DNA from: Chiloscyllium plagiosum
Taxonomy: Eukaryota
Length of the DNA stretch: 64,000 nucleotides
Direction: 5' to 3'
NCBI RefSeq assembly: GCF_004010195.1
Contig: NC_057719.1
Span: forward strand, 10,907,974 to 10,971,973
The notes below the pieces were generated by a model that did not search any database, was not told the DNA's origin, and saw only the letters and a list, made by a program, of their open reading frames with translations. Of the stretch, positions 12,881-24,419 are shown piece by piece. Within the stretch, counting starts at the first letter, position 1; every line of letters starts with the position of its first letter. The translations under genes and the position numbers were made by a program.

Positions 12881-14817
12881 TGCCAAGGGAAAAAGCACTT
12901 GCCATTCACTAATTGACTAACACCAATTGTAGGGAAACCTACCATGGTACCATGAAATCTCTTATGGATTTATGTCCACAAAGCGAGATGGACCTTTGTC
13001 AGACAGATCTTATGCTCTACCCAGTCAAAGGTGTACTCATAACAAAGAGCTTAACACTGGGGGCATGTTTATGGTGGAATAACCCCTGAACTGCGATCAT
13101 GGTGGAAAAAAGGATTATATCCATTGCTAGCTTTCACTGGCTAGAGCTAATACACTGTTCACTAAAAGTGTACAAGCAATCGATTGCAGCCTGAAAAGTG
13201 ACTTCATTATTATTCTTCCATCATTACAAAACAATTGAAAGTCAAAAAAATGACAGAAGTGAAAATAGCAGCTTTCAGGCTTGAGTGATGACATTAACTT
13301 CTCCGCATGAAGTGGATTAATTGACTATCCCAATTGAGAGAACTCTATTCAATCTCTGAGGGAAGAGCTCTGGTGTTTCGGTCCATTAGCTTTCATTCCG
13401 CTGTGTAATACTGTGTGAGGAGGGGGATAACATCTCAGCTTCAGGTTTTGCAAGTTCTTTACTGTTCTCAGAAATGGCTTTATTCTTCTCTGATATTCTC
13501 ACAAGATATTGGAATACAGTCAGGCATGAATAGATGATTTGTGGATTTTATGAAATTATTTTTAAAATGAAATAAGGTTTCATGACAGAAAAAATGAACA
13601 TCCCTCTTCCAATTTAATGATAATGATGAACTCATTATTCACTTCTTTATGAATATGAAAATTATTTCAAATATAGTAGAGGCAAAGAGACAACACTGGA
13701 AAATTCCCAAGCCTAGAAAACAAATGAAAGTTCTTCATGAAGTCATGAATGGCACTAGTTATAACATTTGCAGAGTGGCAGATGATGGTGTGTTGAGGAT
13801 TCAGCTCCATGAAACAATAGAATGACTCAAAACGATGGTCAGAAGCTTCCAGGAATAAGGTAGGGCTCGTAGGCACTTTCTGTAGAGGCCTACTTGAGGT
13901 CCTCAATGATCAGAGAGATTACAGGGGCTGAGTGAGGGAGAGATACAAGATTTGTCCAGAGATCGAGACTAAGTGAAGACATAAATCTCACAATGGAACC
14001 ATTGCTGGAGTAAAACGCCAAACCGAAAAGAAAAAGGACACAGCTGAATTCGAGGAGCTATGCAGAAGTAGAGTGACAAGACTGAGAAAGTAGTTTGGCC
14101 AGACCATTCCCACTCTCTTTCCTTCCCTCATCTATCTAACAGCCCAGCATTGAACATGGTCTGCTTCAAAAATTGGCGTCACATTTTCTGGATTGACAAG
14201 ATGTACAAAAAGATCTAATGTCTATTCAAAACTTACAATTAGTCTCATTTTGGTATTCCTTTGTTTGCTCAACCCCTGTTTTCATCTACTCTGTCCCATC
14301 CTTCATAACTTGAAAGTTTTTCATTAAATCCCAGCATAATCTTCTCTGCTATAATGAAACAGCTGCAACTTTATCTTCATTTTGAGTTCCTTTGTATCAA
14401 GCAACATCCTTGATGTATTTGCGCTGTGTTCTCTCAAAGGCCTTGACATCTAATCATGCGGAGCATAAGACTGCACACGATGTGTGTTTTTAATAAAATT
14501 TTACATAAATTCACAATTCCCCTTCTCCACTTTGATGCTCTTTGTCTCTTATTCAATCTGGTATTCTATTTGCTTTGATCTGATCTAATTCATATGCTGC
14601 ATTTCATTTCTTACAAACCCAAATGCCCCAAGTCCCTCTGTTCTTTCACATCATCCCAGTCTTCCCCTGATATATTTAAAATCTAATTACAAAGCATTTT
14701 AACCAAAATGTGCTACCTCAGATGCACTGACACAGAATTCCATCTGACTGATTCCCCATTTCACCATCTTATCTGCTTGGACCTTAAAATTATCCATTGT
14801 GCCTCATATTTAAGTAT

Positions 14818-15046
14818 GGAGAAAGTATGGATGTAGATGCAGGAGATCAAGGGAAAGGTAGTTGAGAATGTATTAGGTCGGTGGATGTGGGGGTAAAGGT
14901 GACAGCTCCACCCCCTTCCATTATCTCTCAGGAGCCCCCAGCCCACACACCTCATTCCTGATGAAGGGCTTATGCCCAAAACGTCGACTCTCCTGCTCCT
15001 CGGATGCTGCCTGATCTGCTGTGTTTTCCCAGCAACACACTCTCAA
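14818..15046 (+). mobile_element. 5'-truncated Penelope-like insertion (family A) with short inverted 5' piece and hammerhead-like motif
   Basis: 15-bp TSD ctcatatttaagtat (14803-14817 / 15047-15061); CTGATGAAGGGCTTATGCCCAAAACGTC at ~14958, with GAAA mutated to AAAA. Confidence 0.8.
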
Positions 15047-15489
15047 CTCATATTTAAGTATATCAACAAGTTGAACATCCTTATATCCAAATAAGTTAGG
15101 GTGCCAGTTAGCTAGAAGAACAGTTTGTGGTTCACAAGAACACCAATGGTGCAAATTCGATGTATGTTCCTGCCTCCTTGTCCTGCCCCAACTCGTGGAA
15201 ACCCTCACTAACAGAAAATGGGTCAGGATGAAACAAAGCAGATAATGAGGTAAAGACCTGTCTTTCGACAAAGCATACACCACTTTAAACATGAATGTAC
15301 ACAGTGAAATGGTCCCAGCCACCTGAATACAAGCTGAACAAAGGTTTCACGTGAAAGTATTCAAGAAAAGATGAGCAGAAAGCGAGAACTGAAGGAACCT
15401 ATCCACTGCTGAATAAGGCCAATCCATCAATAATATTTGGAAGAAAACGAAATTCAAGATTCAATTTCCTAAGTATTAGGTGTACCATC

Positions 15490-16605
15490 TAGGACAAAGC
15501 AATCTGCTTTTCACATCCATCAACTTCAACATTCACTCCCTCCACTGTTACATTGGCAGCAGTCTGTGCTATCTACATGATGCACTGTTGTCACTTAATA
15601 AGGCTCTTGAATGGCACACTTGAAACCTTTGACCCTCACTAACGTGGAGGACAGGGGCAACAGGTGCAGAAGAAAGCTGCCACCTGCAAATTCGACTCCA
15701 AGCCACACACTATCATGATATGAATTACATTGCCACTCTTTCACCATTTTTAAAAATTCTCTTGTGGGACATGGGCATCACTGGCTGGGCCAGCATTTAT
15801 CACCCATCCCTAGTTGCCTTTGAGAAAGTGGTGGTGAGTTGCAATCTATGTGTTGTAGGTAGACCCACAATGCCCTAAGGGAGGGAGTTCCAGGATTTTG
15901 ATCCAGCGACAGTGAAGGATCAGCGATATGTTTCCAAGTCAATGCTGTGAATGACTTGGAGAGGAACTTCCAGATGGTGGTGTTCCCATATGTCTGCTGC
16001 CCTTGTCCTTCTGGATGGAAGTGGTCATGAGTTTGAAAAGTGTTATCTAAGGATCTTGGGTGAAGTTTTGCAATGTATCTTGTAGATAATACACACTGCA
16101 GCTACTGAGGTCGATGGTAAAGTGAGTGGATGTTTGTGCGTGTGGTGCTAATCAAGCAGGCCGCTTTGTCAGGCTTCTGAGTGCTGTTGGGGCTGCACCC
16201 ATCCAGACAAGTGGGGACGATTCCACCGCACTCCTGACTTGTGCTTTGTAAATGAAGGACATGCTTTCAGGAGTTGAGGAAGTGAGTTACTGGCTGCAAT
16301 ATTCCTAGCCTCTGACCTGCTGGAGCCACTGCGTTTATATGGTGAGTCCAGTTAAGTTCTGATAAACACCGAGGATGCGGGGATGCAGTGATGGTAACAG
16401 CATTGAATGTCAAGTGGCCCTGACTAGCTTGACTCTTATTGGGTTAAATCCCTGAACTTGCTCCCTAACAGAACTTTGAGTAAAACTACAACACATGGAC
16501 TGCAGCTGTTCAATAAGGTAGATTATCACCACACTCAATACCCATCAGCAATTACAGATTGCCAATGCAAAACTTGCCCATGATGCTCATAGCCTATAAA
16601 AAAAA
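15490..16605. mobile_element. LINE family 2: a + strand 3' end (15490-15745, 16440-16605) interrupted by a - strand copy (15765-16440)
   Basis: Both parts match the 3' region of the 19360-21010 copy. Confidence 0.7.
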
Positions 16606-16933
16606 ATAAACATGTTTAAAGCTGTTAGAACAGCAAACTGAAACTCTTGGCATTGCTTCCTTATGATAAACCATTATTTTTACATCCATCATAAGTACAA
16701 TCTGCTGGGCTTATTGTTGGCCATGATGCTGTCCTTTTAACCTGATATTTCCATTATTCCTGTGTCTCTCTTGGAAACTGTTTTCTTGGCTTTTACTCAA
16801 GTTGTAAATGATCAAAGTCCAAAATTTATCCAATTGCATCTCTTCAATGAATGAACGATCAGAATTTCGGGGTGGCTTCTCTCTTCATGGAATGAAATGC
16901 TTAGCTCACTTTGGATGGCTAATCAAATCAGAA

Positions 16934-17149
16934 GGCAAAAATGAGGACTGCAGATGCTGGAGGTTAGAGTCAAGATTAAGGTGGTGCTGGAAAAGCACAG
17001 CTGGTCAGGCAGCATCCGAGGAGCAGGAAAATCGATGTTTCGGGCAGGAATCTGATGAAGGGCTCCTGCCCGAAACGTTGATTTTTCGGCTCCTCGGATA
17101 CTGCCTGACCTGCTGTGCTTTTCCAGCACCACCTTAATCTTGACTCTAA
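16934..17149. mobile_element. Palindromic Penelope-derived insertion (family A) with hammerhead core
   Basis: Inverted arms ~16963-17049 / 17065-17149; TSD ctaatcaaatcagaa (16919-16933 / 17146-17160); CTGATGAAGGGCTCCTGCCCGAAACGTT at 17052. Confidence 0.85.
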
Positions 17150-17995
17150 TCAAATCAGAAACAGAGTCAAAGGTGCGCATATGTGCAATGACCTATTTAA
17201 CACACCACTGAGTGCATTTATGAGTGTCAGATGTTTGGCTCCTGTTCTGCAATACTGCAACACTACTAGATGAACAAACTTAGAGAACCAGCATTTGATA
17301 GACTCATTCTCAAACCCGTTATTACCAGAAATAACCATGTATTCAGGAGGACATTTTCCCGAGCTAGCACAGCTTGTTCTAACCCACCATCTACCCCCGC
17401 TATCCCTTAAGAACACTCCTACACACAAGTTCCCACTGCAGTACACATGGTTTCAAGGCTTTTTTTTAAAACATTGAGTACTTTTTTGTTGTTATGACTG
17501 AAATGAAGACAGAAGTGAGACACAACTAGAGGTAGGAAAATAAAATCAGCCATCATCCAGATTGCTATCAAGTGACCCTTGACACGCTTTAGCCACCTTC
17601 CTCTCCTCCTTTAAGGCACTCTTTAAAACCCAGCGCTTTGACAGTGTTTTTGATCACCCAATCCTAGTAGGTCCTTTGGCTTGCCATCCATTTTTTATGA
17701 CAACTGTAAAATTCCTCGAGGCTATTTCCTACACCAATAACTTGTTGTTTAATGAGTCCCACTTCAGTTGAGCAGAACGTGCAAGTTAAACACTCGGCAG
17801 ACTCTCTCTGGAAGAGCTGATCCTGCCCAATTCCGATTGCATGGACTCTCACATTAAGGCAGGTCCATTCGGAAACTTCCCTGGGGTCCAGTAAAACAGC
17901 CCCTTACGGAAAGAAAGACATAAAGAGGAAAAATTAAAAAGAAAACAAAAAATATTGGCAGAGCCAAGTGGGGACACTGTGGCAACATGTTACCA

Positions 17996-18261
17996 CGGCA
18001 CGGTGACTCAGTGGTTAGCACTGCTGCCTCACAGCACCAGGGTCCCAGGTTTGATTTCTGCCTTGGGCAACTGTCTGTGTGGAGTTTGCACATTCTCCCT
18101 GTGTCTGCATGAGTTTCCTCTGGGCCATGCTAAATTGCCCGTAGTGTGAGGTGCATTAGTCAGAGGGAAATGGGTCTGGGTGGGTTACTTTTCAAAGGGT
18201 CGGTGTGGACTTGTTGGGTCAAAGGGCCTGTATCCACACTGTAGGGAATCTAATCTAATCT
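17996..18261 (+). mobile_element. HE1-like V-SINE
   Basis: tRNA-like head ggcacggtgactcagtggttagcactgctgcctcacag, V-domain tgtgtggagtttgcacattctccc, (AATCT)n tail. Confidence 0.85.
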
Positions 18262-18597
18262 TACCAGCTTTTTTTAAAATTGCATTCTCCTCTGTATTTA
18301 ACTATCTCTCCAAAGGTTTCCCTGTAATAACACTGATTGAGGAGAGCATTTTCACCTATCAGGGCAGACATGTAGATTTTGTGAATTGTCATACCTGAAA
18401 ATTTCTACCTTAAAGATTGGCAGCAACAGATGAAGATACTTGCAAACAGAGTCGGTATGCCTCTTAAAAACCAAAAAGATTTACAGGGCTATGTGGCACA
18501 AAGGGTTAATGTTAAGGCTGAACAAGATTATTTATATCATCAGTGATAGAAAATCCCCTGATGACCAGAATTGCTGGGAGATGGCTTTGCATAAAAG

Positions 18598-18863
18598 CTT
18601 ACAGTGTGGAAACAGGCCCTTCAGCCCAACAAGTCCACACTGATCTGCCGAAGCACAACCCACCCATTCCCCTACATTTACCCCTTCACCTAACACTACG
18701 GGCAATTTAGCATGGCCAATCCACCTAACCTGCACATCTTTGGACTGTGGGAGGAAACCAGAGCACCCAGAGGAAACCCACGCAGACACAGGGAGAATGT
18801 GCAATTGAACCCGGGTCTCTGGCGCTGTGAGGCAGCAGTGCTAACCACTGTGCCACCGTGCCG
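18598..18863 (-). mobile_element. HE1-like V-SINE
   Basis: Reverse complement of the same head, V-domain and tail. Confidence 0.85.
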
Positions 18864-19084
18864 TCCACAAGTTAGAACACAACATGAAATAAAAGGTTCT
18901 ATTTACAGATAGCCTCCCATAATCGCTATCATGATCTTAAAACGTAGGGAATGTCACTGGCACAGCTTCGAGGGCCGAAGGGCCTGTAATGTGCTGTACT
19001 GTTCTATGTTTTATGTTAATTCATAAGTAACTTACAATCATTGATAAAAGAGACTCTAGGATAAAAATAGTGGAAAGAATAGTG

Positions 19085-19335
19085 GAACACCACCACCTTC
19101 AAGTTCCCCTCCAAGCCACTCACCATCCTCACTTGGAAATATATTACTGTTCATTCACTGTTGCTGGGTCAACATCCTGGAATTTCCTCTTCAAGGGCAT
19201 TGTGGGTCAACTTAAGCAGGTGGACCGCAGTGGTTGAAGAGGGCAGCTCACTACCACCTTCTCAAGGGCAACTAGGGAGAAACAATAAATGCTGGCCCCA
19301 CCAGTGTTGCCCATACCCCACAAATTAAAAAAAAA
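19085..19335 (+). mobile_element. LINE family 2 3' tail
   Basis: caccaccttcaagttcccctccaagccactcaccatcc..caagggcaactaggg..aataaatgctggcc. Confidence 0.8.
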
Positions 19336-19359
19336 ACCTTCTTCTGTGCTCTTTGTTTT

Positions 19360-21010
19360 ATTGTGGGACTTGGGCATCACTGGCTGGCCAGCATTGATAG
19401 CCCATCCCTATTTGCCCTTGAGAAAGTGGTGGTGAGCTGCCTTTGTGAATCGCTGCAGTCCGCTTGCTGTGGGTTGACCCACAATGCCACTGGGGAGGGA
19501 ATTCCAGGATTTAGACATGATGACTGTGAAGGAATGGTGGTATATTTCCAAGGCAGGGTGGTGAGTGGCTTGGAGGGGAACTTGCAGGTAGTGGTGTTCA
19601 CAAGTACCTGCTGCCCTTGTCCTAGATTGAAATGGTCGTGGGTTTGGAAGGTGCTGTCTAAGGATCTTTGGCAGGAATTTGGCAGTGCATCTTGTAGATT
19701 GTACACACTGCTGCTACTGAGTGCCGGTGGTGGGGGGAATTGAATGTTTGCGGTTGTGGTGCCAATAAAGCAGGTTGCTTTGTACTGGATGGTGCCAAGC
19801 TTCTTGAGTGTTGTTGGAGCTGCACCCATCCAGACAAGTGGGGAGCATTCCATCACACTCCTGACTTATGCCTTGGAGATGGTGGAAAGATTTTGGGGTG
19901 TCAGGAGGTGAGTTACTTGCCACAGTATCCCTAGTCTCTGACCTGCTCTTGTAACCACTGAGTTGAGTTTCTGGTCAATGGCAACCCCAAGGATGTTGAC
20001 AGTGGGGCATTCCGTGATGGTAATACTGTTGAATATCAAGGAGCAATGGTTAGAGTGTCACTTATTGGTGATGGTCATTGTCTGGCATTTGTGTGGTACA
20101 AATGTTACTTGTCACTTGTTGACCGAAGCCTGGATATTGTCCAGATCTTGTTGCATTTGAGCATGGACTACTTCAGTATCTGCTGAATACTGTGTAATGA
20201 TCAGCGAACATCCCCACTTCTGACCTTATGACAGAGGGAAGGTCATTGATGAAGTAGCTGAAAATTGTTGGGCCTAAGACACTACACTGAGGGATTTCTG
20301 CAGGGATGTCCAGGATCTGAGATGACTGTCCCTCCACAACCACAACCACCTTCCTTTGTGCCAGGTGTGACTCTAACCAGTGGAGTGTTTGCCTCCTGAT
20401 CCCCATTGATTCCAGTTTTGCCAGGGCTCCTTGATGCCATACTTGTTGCTGAGCAGGTGCTGCTGGATAGCACTGTTGATGACCCCTTCCATCACTTTAC
20501 TGATGATGAAGAGTAGACTGGGCGGTAATTGGCCAGGTTGCATTTGTCCTGCTTTTTGTGTATAGCCCATACCTGGGCGATTTTCCACGTTGTCAGGTAG
20601 ATGCCAGTGTTGTAATTGTACTGGAAGAGCTTGGCTAGGGAAGCGGCAAGTCCTGGAGCACATGTCTGCAGTACTACTTCCGGATTGATATCAGGGCCCA
20701 TTACCTTTGCAGTATCCAGTCCCCCCAGCCATTTCTTGATATCACGTGGAGTGAATCAAATTGGCTGGAGACTGGTATCTGTGATGCTGGGGACCACTGA
20801 AGGAGCCTGAGATGGATCATCCACTCGGCACTTCTGACTGAAGGTTGTTGCGAATGCATCATCCTTATCCTTTGCACTGATGTGCTGGGCTCCTCCATCG
20901 TTGAGGATGGGGATATTTATGGAGCCTTCACTTCCAGTGAGTTGCTTAATTGTCCACTACCATTCATGACTGGATGTGGAAGGACTGCAGAGCTTAGATC
21001 AGATCCATTT
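19360..21010 (-). mobile_element. LINE family 2 (CR1/L2-group) RT region and 3' end, pseudogenised
   Basis: GPDINPEVVLQTCAPGLA..WKIAQVWAIHKKQDK.NLANYRPV; EIPQCSVLGPTIFSYFINDLP..MFADH, which are RT motifs. Confidence 0.9.
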
Positions 21011-21641
21011 CACTGTTTCACTCCATGATCAAAGGCATCAAAACTCTGGACTGATCCACACAAAAAAAAAGACATGTTCATTGTGAGGGATCATACAGCT
21101 TCCTGTGTTTAGAGTTTAAATAAAATTCCTGCTGATTGTAAATGGGTTGAAAAAGCACAGATAAAAAGTGAAGGAGAACATATTCAATCTGCTTAAAACA
21201 AACAATGTGTGGAGAAAGTTAAACCTTTTAGTAAAATCCAGCAACTGGTCTTCAAGATTAATTTTTAAATGCATTGTTAACCATCTTACTTTTTTTGAAC
21301 ATGTTTCTGTGTCCTCCTCCTTTCGGTTTAACCAGGTCATTTTCTGGAAACAGTATTGGTAACAGCCAGTTTGGGAACTCTACGAAGGCTAACCTGTGTG
21401 GTGTGTGAGGAATTTGTGCCTCTAGTTTTATTCTTTGTGGAGGAATTACTAGAGAAAAGAAAAACCTAAACTTATCTCATCCATAACCTCACATCCTGGA
21501 CACTGGACAATACAATAATGGATTGTTAACTTATCATGGCAAGGAACTTTCATCACTTACTCTACAATCAGGTTTAGATGAGAAAAGTTCATGAAGAGTT
21601 TTGGAAATCCACACAAGCATGCTGCACACGCCAAACGCCAT

Positions 21642-22236
21642 GGGCAGGATTTTCAGATGAATGTGTCTCCCCACTGATTAAAACAATCCCACAGCAATTT
21701 TATGTTCGAAGGAGGGTTAGTTATCAGAGACTACCTGAGGGAGGGGTGGAGGTCCTCCCTTCGAGAGCTGTTGAACACGTCATTGTCAGCAGTGGTCAGG
21801 ACTGGGAATGCAAGCACTCCTCAGATTCTAAACGTTACTGTCTGAGGAACAGGAAAATGTGTGTGGGTGTAGGGAGAGAAAGAGGAGTGTGGTGTCATGG
21901 GTGTGGGGATGGAGATGGGGAGAGGAGAGATAGGGATCTTGATGAAGAAAGACCGGTGGTGGGGGCCCCTGATGTATAAAGGGAGCCCTCAAGAGAGACA
22001 TCCGTCTCATTCCCCTCCTCCCCAACGCCCAAGGAAAGTTAGCCATTTGACTGTGCCCTGAACTCCTCCCCTTGCCTCAGAGTTAATTAAAGCTGGTGGA
22101 AAGTAAGGCTTGTCAATAAACGTCATCTGAAAATTCAGCTGAGGAATTTCACATCCCCTCACTACCCTAGCTCACCACTGACCCCCGAGTTGCTGACCAA
22201 CCCAACAGCAGGAAGGATGCTGTAAAAAATTGTCCT
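21642..22236. mobile_element. Putative MITE-like DNA transposon remnant
   Basis: Imperfect terminal inverted repeats gggcaggatttt..aaaaattgtcct; GC-richer interior. Confidence 0.35.
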
Positions 22237-22464
22237 ATGACTCAAAATCATCTTACACCAGATCTCCAATACATTATAATCTCTCCAATCTGAAATAAAT
22301 GGGAGTGCATACTTACTGAATTTTGGAATTTTCTGGATTATATAATCATATCAGAATACCCAACAACAAGTGTTTGAACCCTAAAACAGGGTATTATTAC
22401 AAGGTATTACGTATAAAACAATATACATAATAAAAATAGTTTTGCTTGCACTATATCTTTCAAA

Positions 22465-23260
22465 GAGTTGCAGTCATGCAGCATGGAAACACAACCTTCC
22501 GTCTAACCAATCCATGTCAATCATGTTCCCAAACTAAATTGGTCTCATCTGCCTGCATTTGCCGCATATCCCTCCAAACCTTTCCTATTCATCAACTTAT
22601 CTGAATCTTTTAAATGTTATAACTGTACCTGTACCCACCATGTTCTCTGGAGGTTCTTTCCACACACAAACCACTCTCTGTGTAAAAAAGTTGGCTGTCA
22701 TGGCTTTTTAAAATCTTTCTCCTCTCACCTTAAAAATAGTCTTGAACTTCTCCACCTGAGGGAAAAGACCTCTGTCATTTACCTTATCTGTGCCCCTCAT
22801 GTTTTGATAACCCTCTATAAGATCACCCCTCAACCTCATATGCCCCAAAAAAGCCCCAGGCTTTCCAACCTATTTTTATATCTCAAACCTTCCATTCCCA
22901 ACAACACCCTGATAAATCTTTTCTGAACCCTCTCCAGTTTAATAATATCCTTCCTGTAACAGGGCGACACCCACGCAGTACTACCAAAGAGGCCTCACCA
23001 ACTAGCTTTACAACCTCAACATGATGCCCCAACTCCTATACACAAAGGTCTGAGCAATGAAGGCAACATGCTAAACACCTTAACCCATGCTGTCGACCTG
23101 TCACATAAAGTTTCAAAGAACTATGTACCTGAACCCTAGGTCTCTCTGATCTACAACAATAACTAGGGCTGTACTATTAATTGAATAAGTTCTGTCCTTG
23201 TTTGTATTACCAAAATGCAAACCTCACATTTATCCAAATCAAAATCCATCTGCCACTCTG
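22465..23260 (-). mobile_element. HER1/CR1 LINE 3' ~0.8 kb
   Basis: Minus strand has W.M.F..DKCEV.HFG-like and KLERVQKRF motifs plus the HER1-like tail. Confidence 0.85.
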
Positions 23261-23547
23261 CTCCAAGGGTATTTGACTAAAATAATGCCTGAGTCTTCTT
23301 AAAACAATTTCAGACAACTGGTGTATTCGAACAATGAGTTTTCAGAGTGGAGAAGTTACAATCTATGTTATTTTCTATTGGTTAGTGATAAGCTCCCATT
23401 TAGCATCTTCATCATTGGAATGTGGAACTGTGCACTTGAAACTGTGCACCTCTCAGAAGATAAACAAAAAATATTGGCAAAAATAATTCTCTCTACTGGA
23501 TTTCTGCCTCTTTCCCCAATCTTGTCATGACACAAATATGAACATGG

Positions 23548-23779
23548 TAAAAACAATGACTGCAGATGCTGGAAACCAGATTCTGGATTAGAGTGGTGCT
23601 GGAAAAGCACAGAAGTTCAGGCGGCATCCAAGGAGCAGGAGAATCGACATTTCGAGCAAAAGCCTTTCATCAGGAATACAGCTGTCTTCCTGATGAAAGG
23701 CTTTTGCCTGAAACGTCGATTTTCCTGCTCTTTGGATGCTGTCTGAACTGCTGTGCTTTTCCAGCACCACTCTAATCCA
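23548..23779. mobile_element. Palindromic Penelope-derived insertion (family A variant) with hammerhead motifs on both strands
   Basis: 17-bp TSD cacaaatatgaacatgg (23531-23547 / 23778-23794); + strand CTGATGA-AAGGCTTTTGCCT-GAAACGTC at 23690-23717; degenerate - strand copy at ~23646-23673. Confidence 0.88.
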
Positions 23780-23974
23780 CAAATATGAACATGGAAATGA
23801 CCTAAATACTAACAGAGCGTTTTAACTGTACAGGAGAACTCAGATCTTCTCACGAGTACCACCTGCAAACACTGGGTCCACCCTGTCCATGTGCAGCAAG
23901 AACTGGACAAGATTCAGGTTTCGGACTGATCAGTGCTAAATAACATGCAAGGTACGCAAACATCTTTGAGAATT

Positions 23975-24385
23975 CATTTGCAGGATGTGGACATCACAAG
24001 CAAGGTAGCATTTATTTTCCATCCCTAATTTCCCAGAAGACAGTTAAGTGTCAATCTAATTGCTTTAGGCCTGGAGTCACCAGACCAGAAAAGGATGGCA
24101 GGTTTCCTTCCCTAAAGGACATCAGTGAACCAGATGCATTTTCCCGGACAATCAGCAATGGCTTCACGGTCATCAGTGGCCTCACAATTCGAGACTTTTA
24201 CTGCATTCAACTTCCACAAATCCAGGTCCCCAGGACATTAATTGGGTCTCTCCTCAGATGCTGCCTGAATTGCTGTGCTCTTCCAGCACCACTAATCCAG
24301 AATCTGGTTTCCAGCATCTGCAGTCATTGTTTTTACCTCTCTGGATTAACAGCCTAGTGATATTCCCACGAGACTATCGCCTTCC
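23975..24385 (-). mobile_element. tRNA-derived SINE (LINE-family-2 partner) containing a family A arm at ~24248-24337
   Basis: Matches 30850-31145; inserted ctcctcagatgctgcctg..cagcatctgcagtcattgtttttacc. Confidence 0.75.
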
Positions 24386-24419
24386 CCAAGAAGAGAGAAT
24401 TTAACCAACACCCCATGAC

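Noticed and set aside
17047..17085. Active hammerhead in the 16934-17149 palindrome
   Set aside because: The core is intact but stem I does not pair (one C short relative to 62814), and the long hairpin would sequester it; kept only as a motif.
16808..17180. Recurrent peptides such as CRCW..WCWKSTAGQAASEEQEN and LLGCCLTCCAFPAP in many ORFs
   Set aside because: They are translations of the non-coding family A repeat on either strand, not a protein family.
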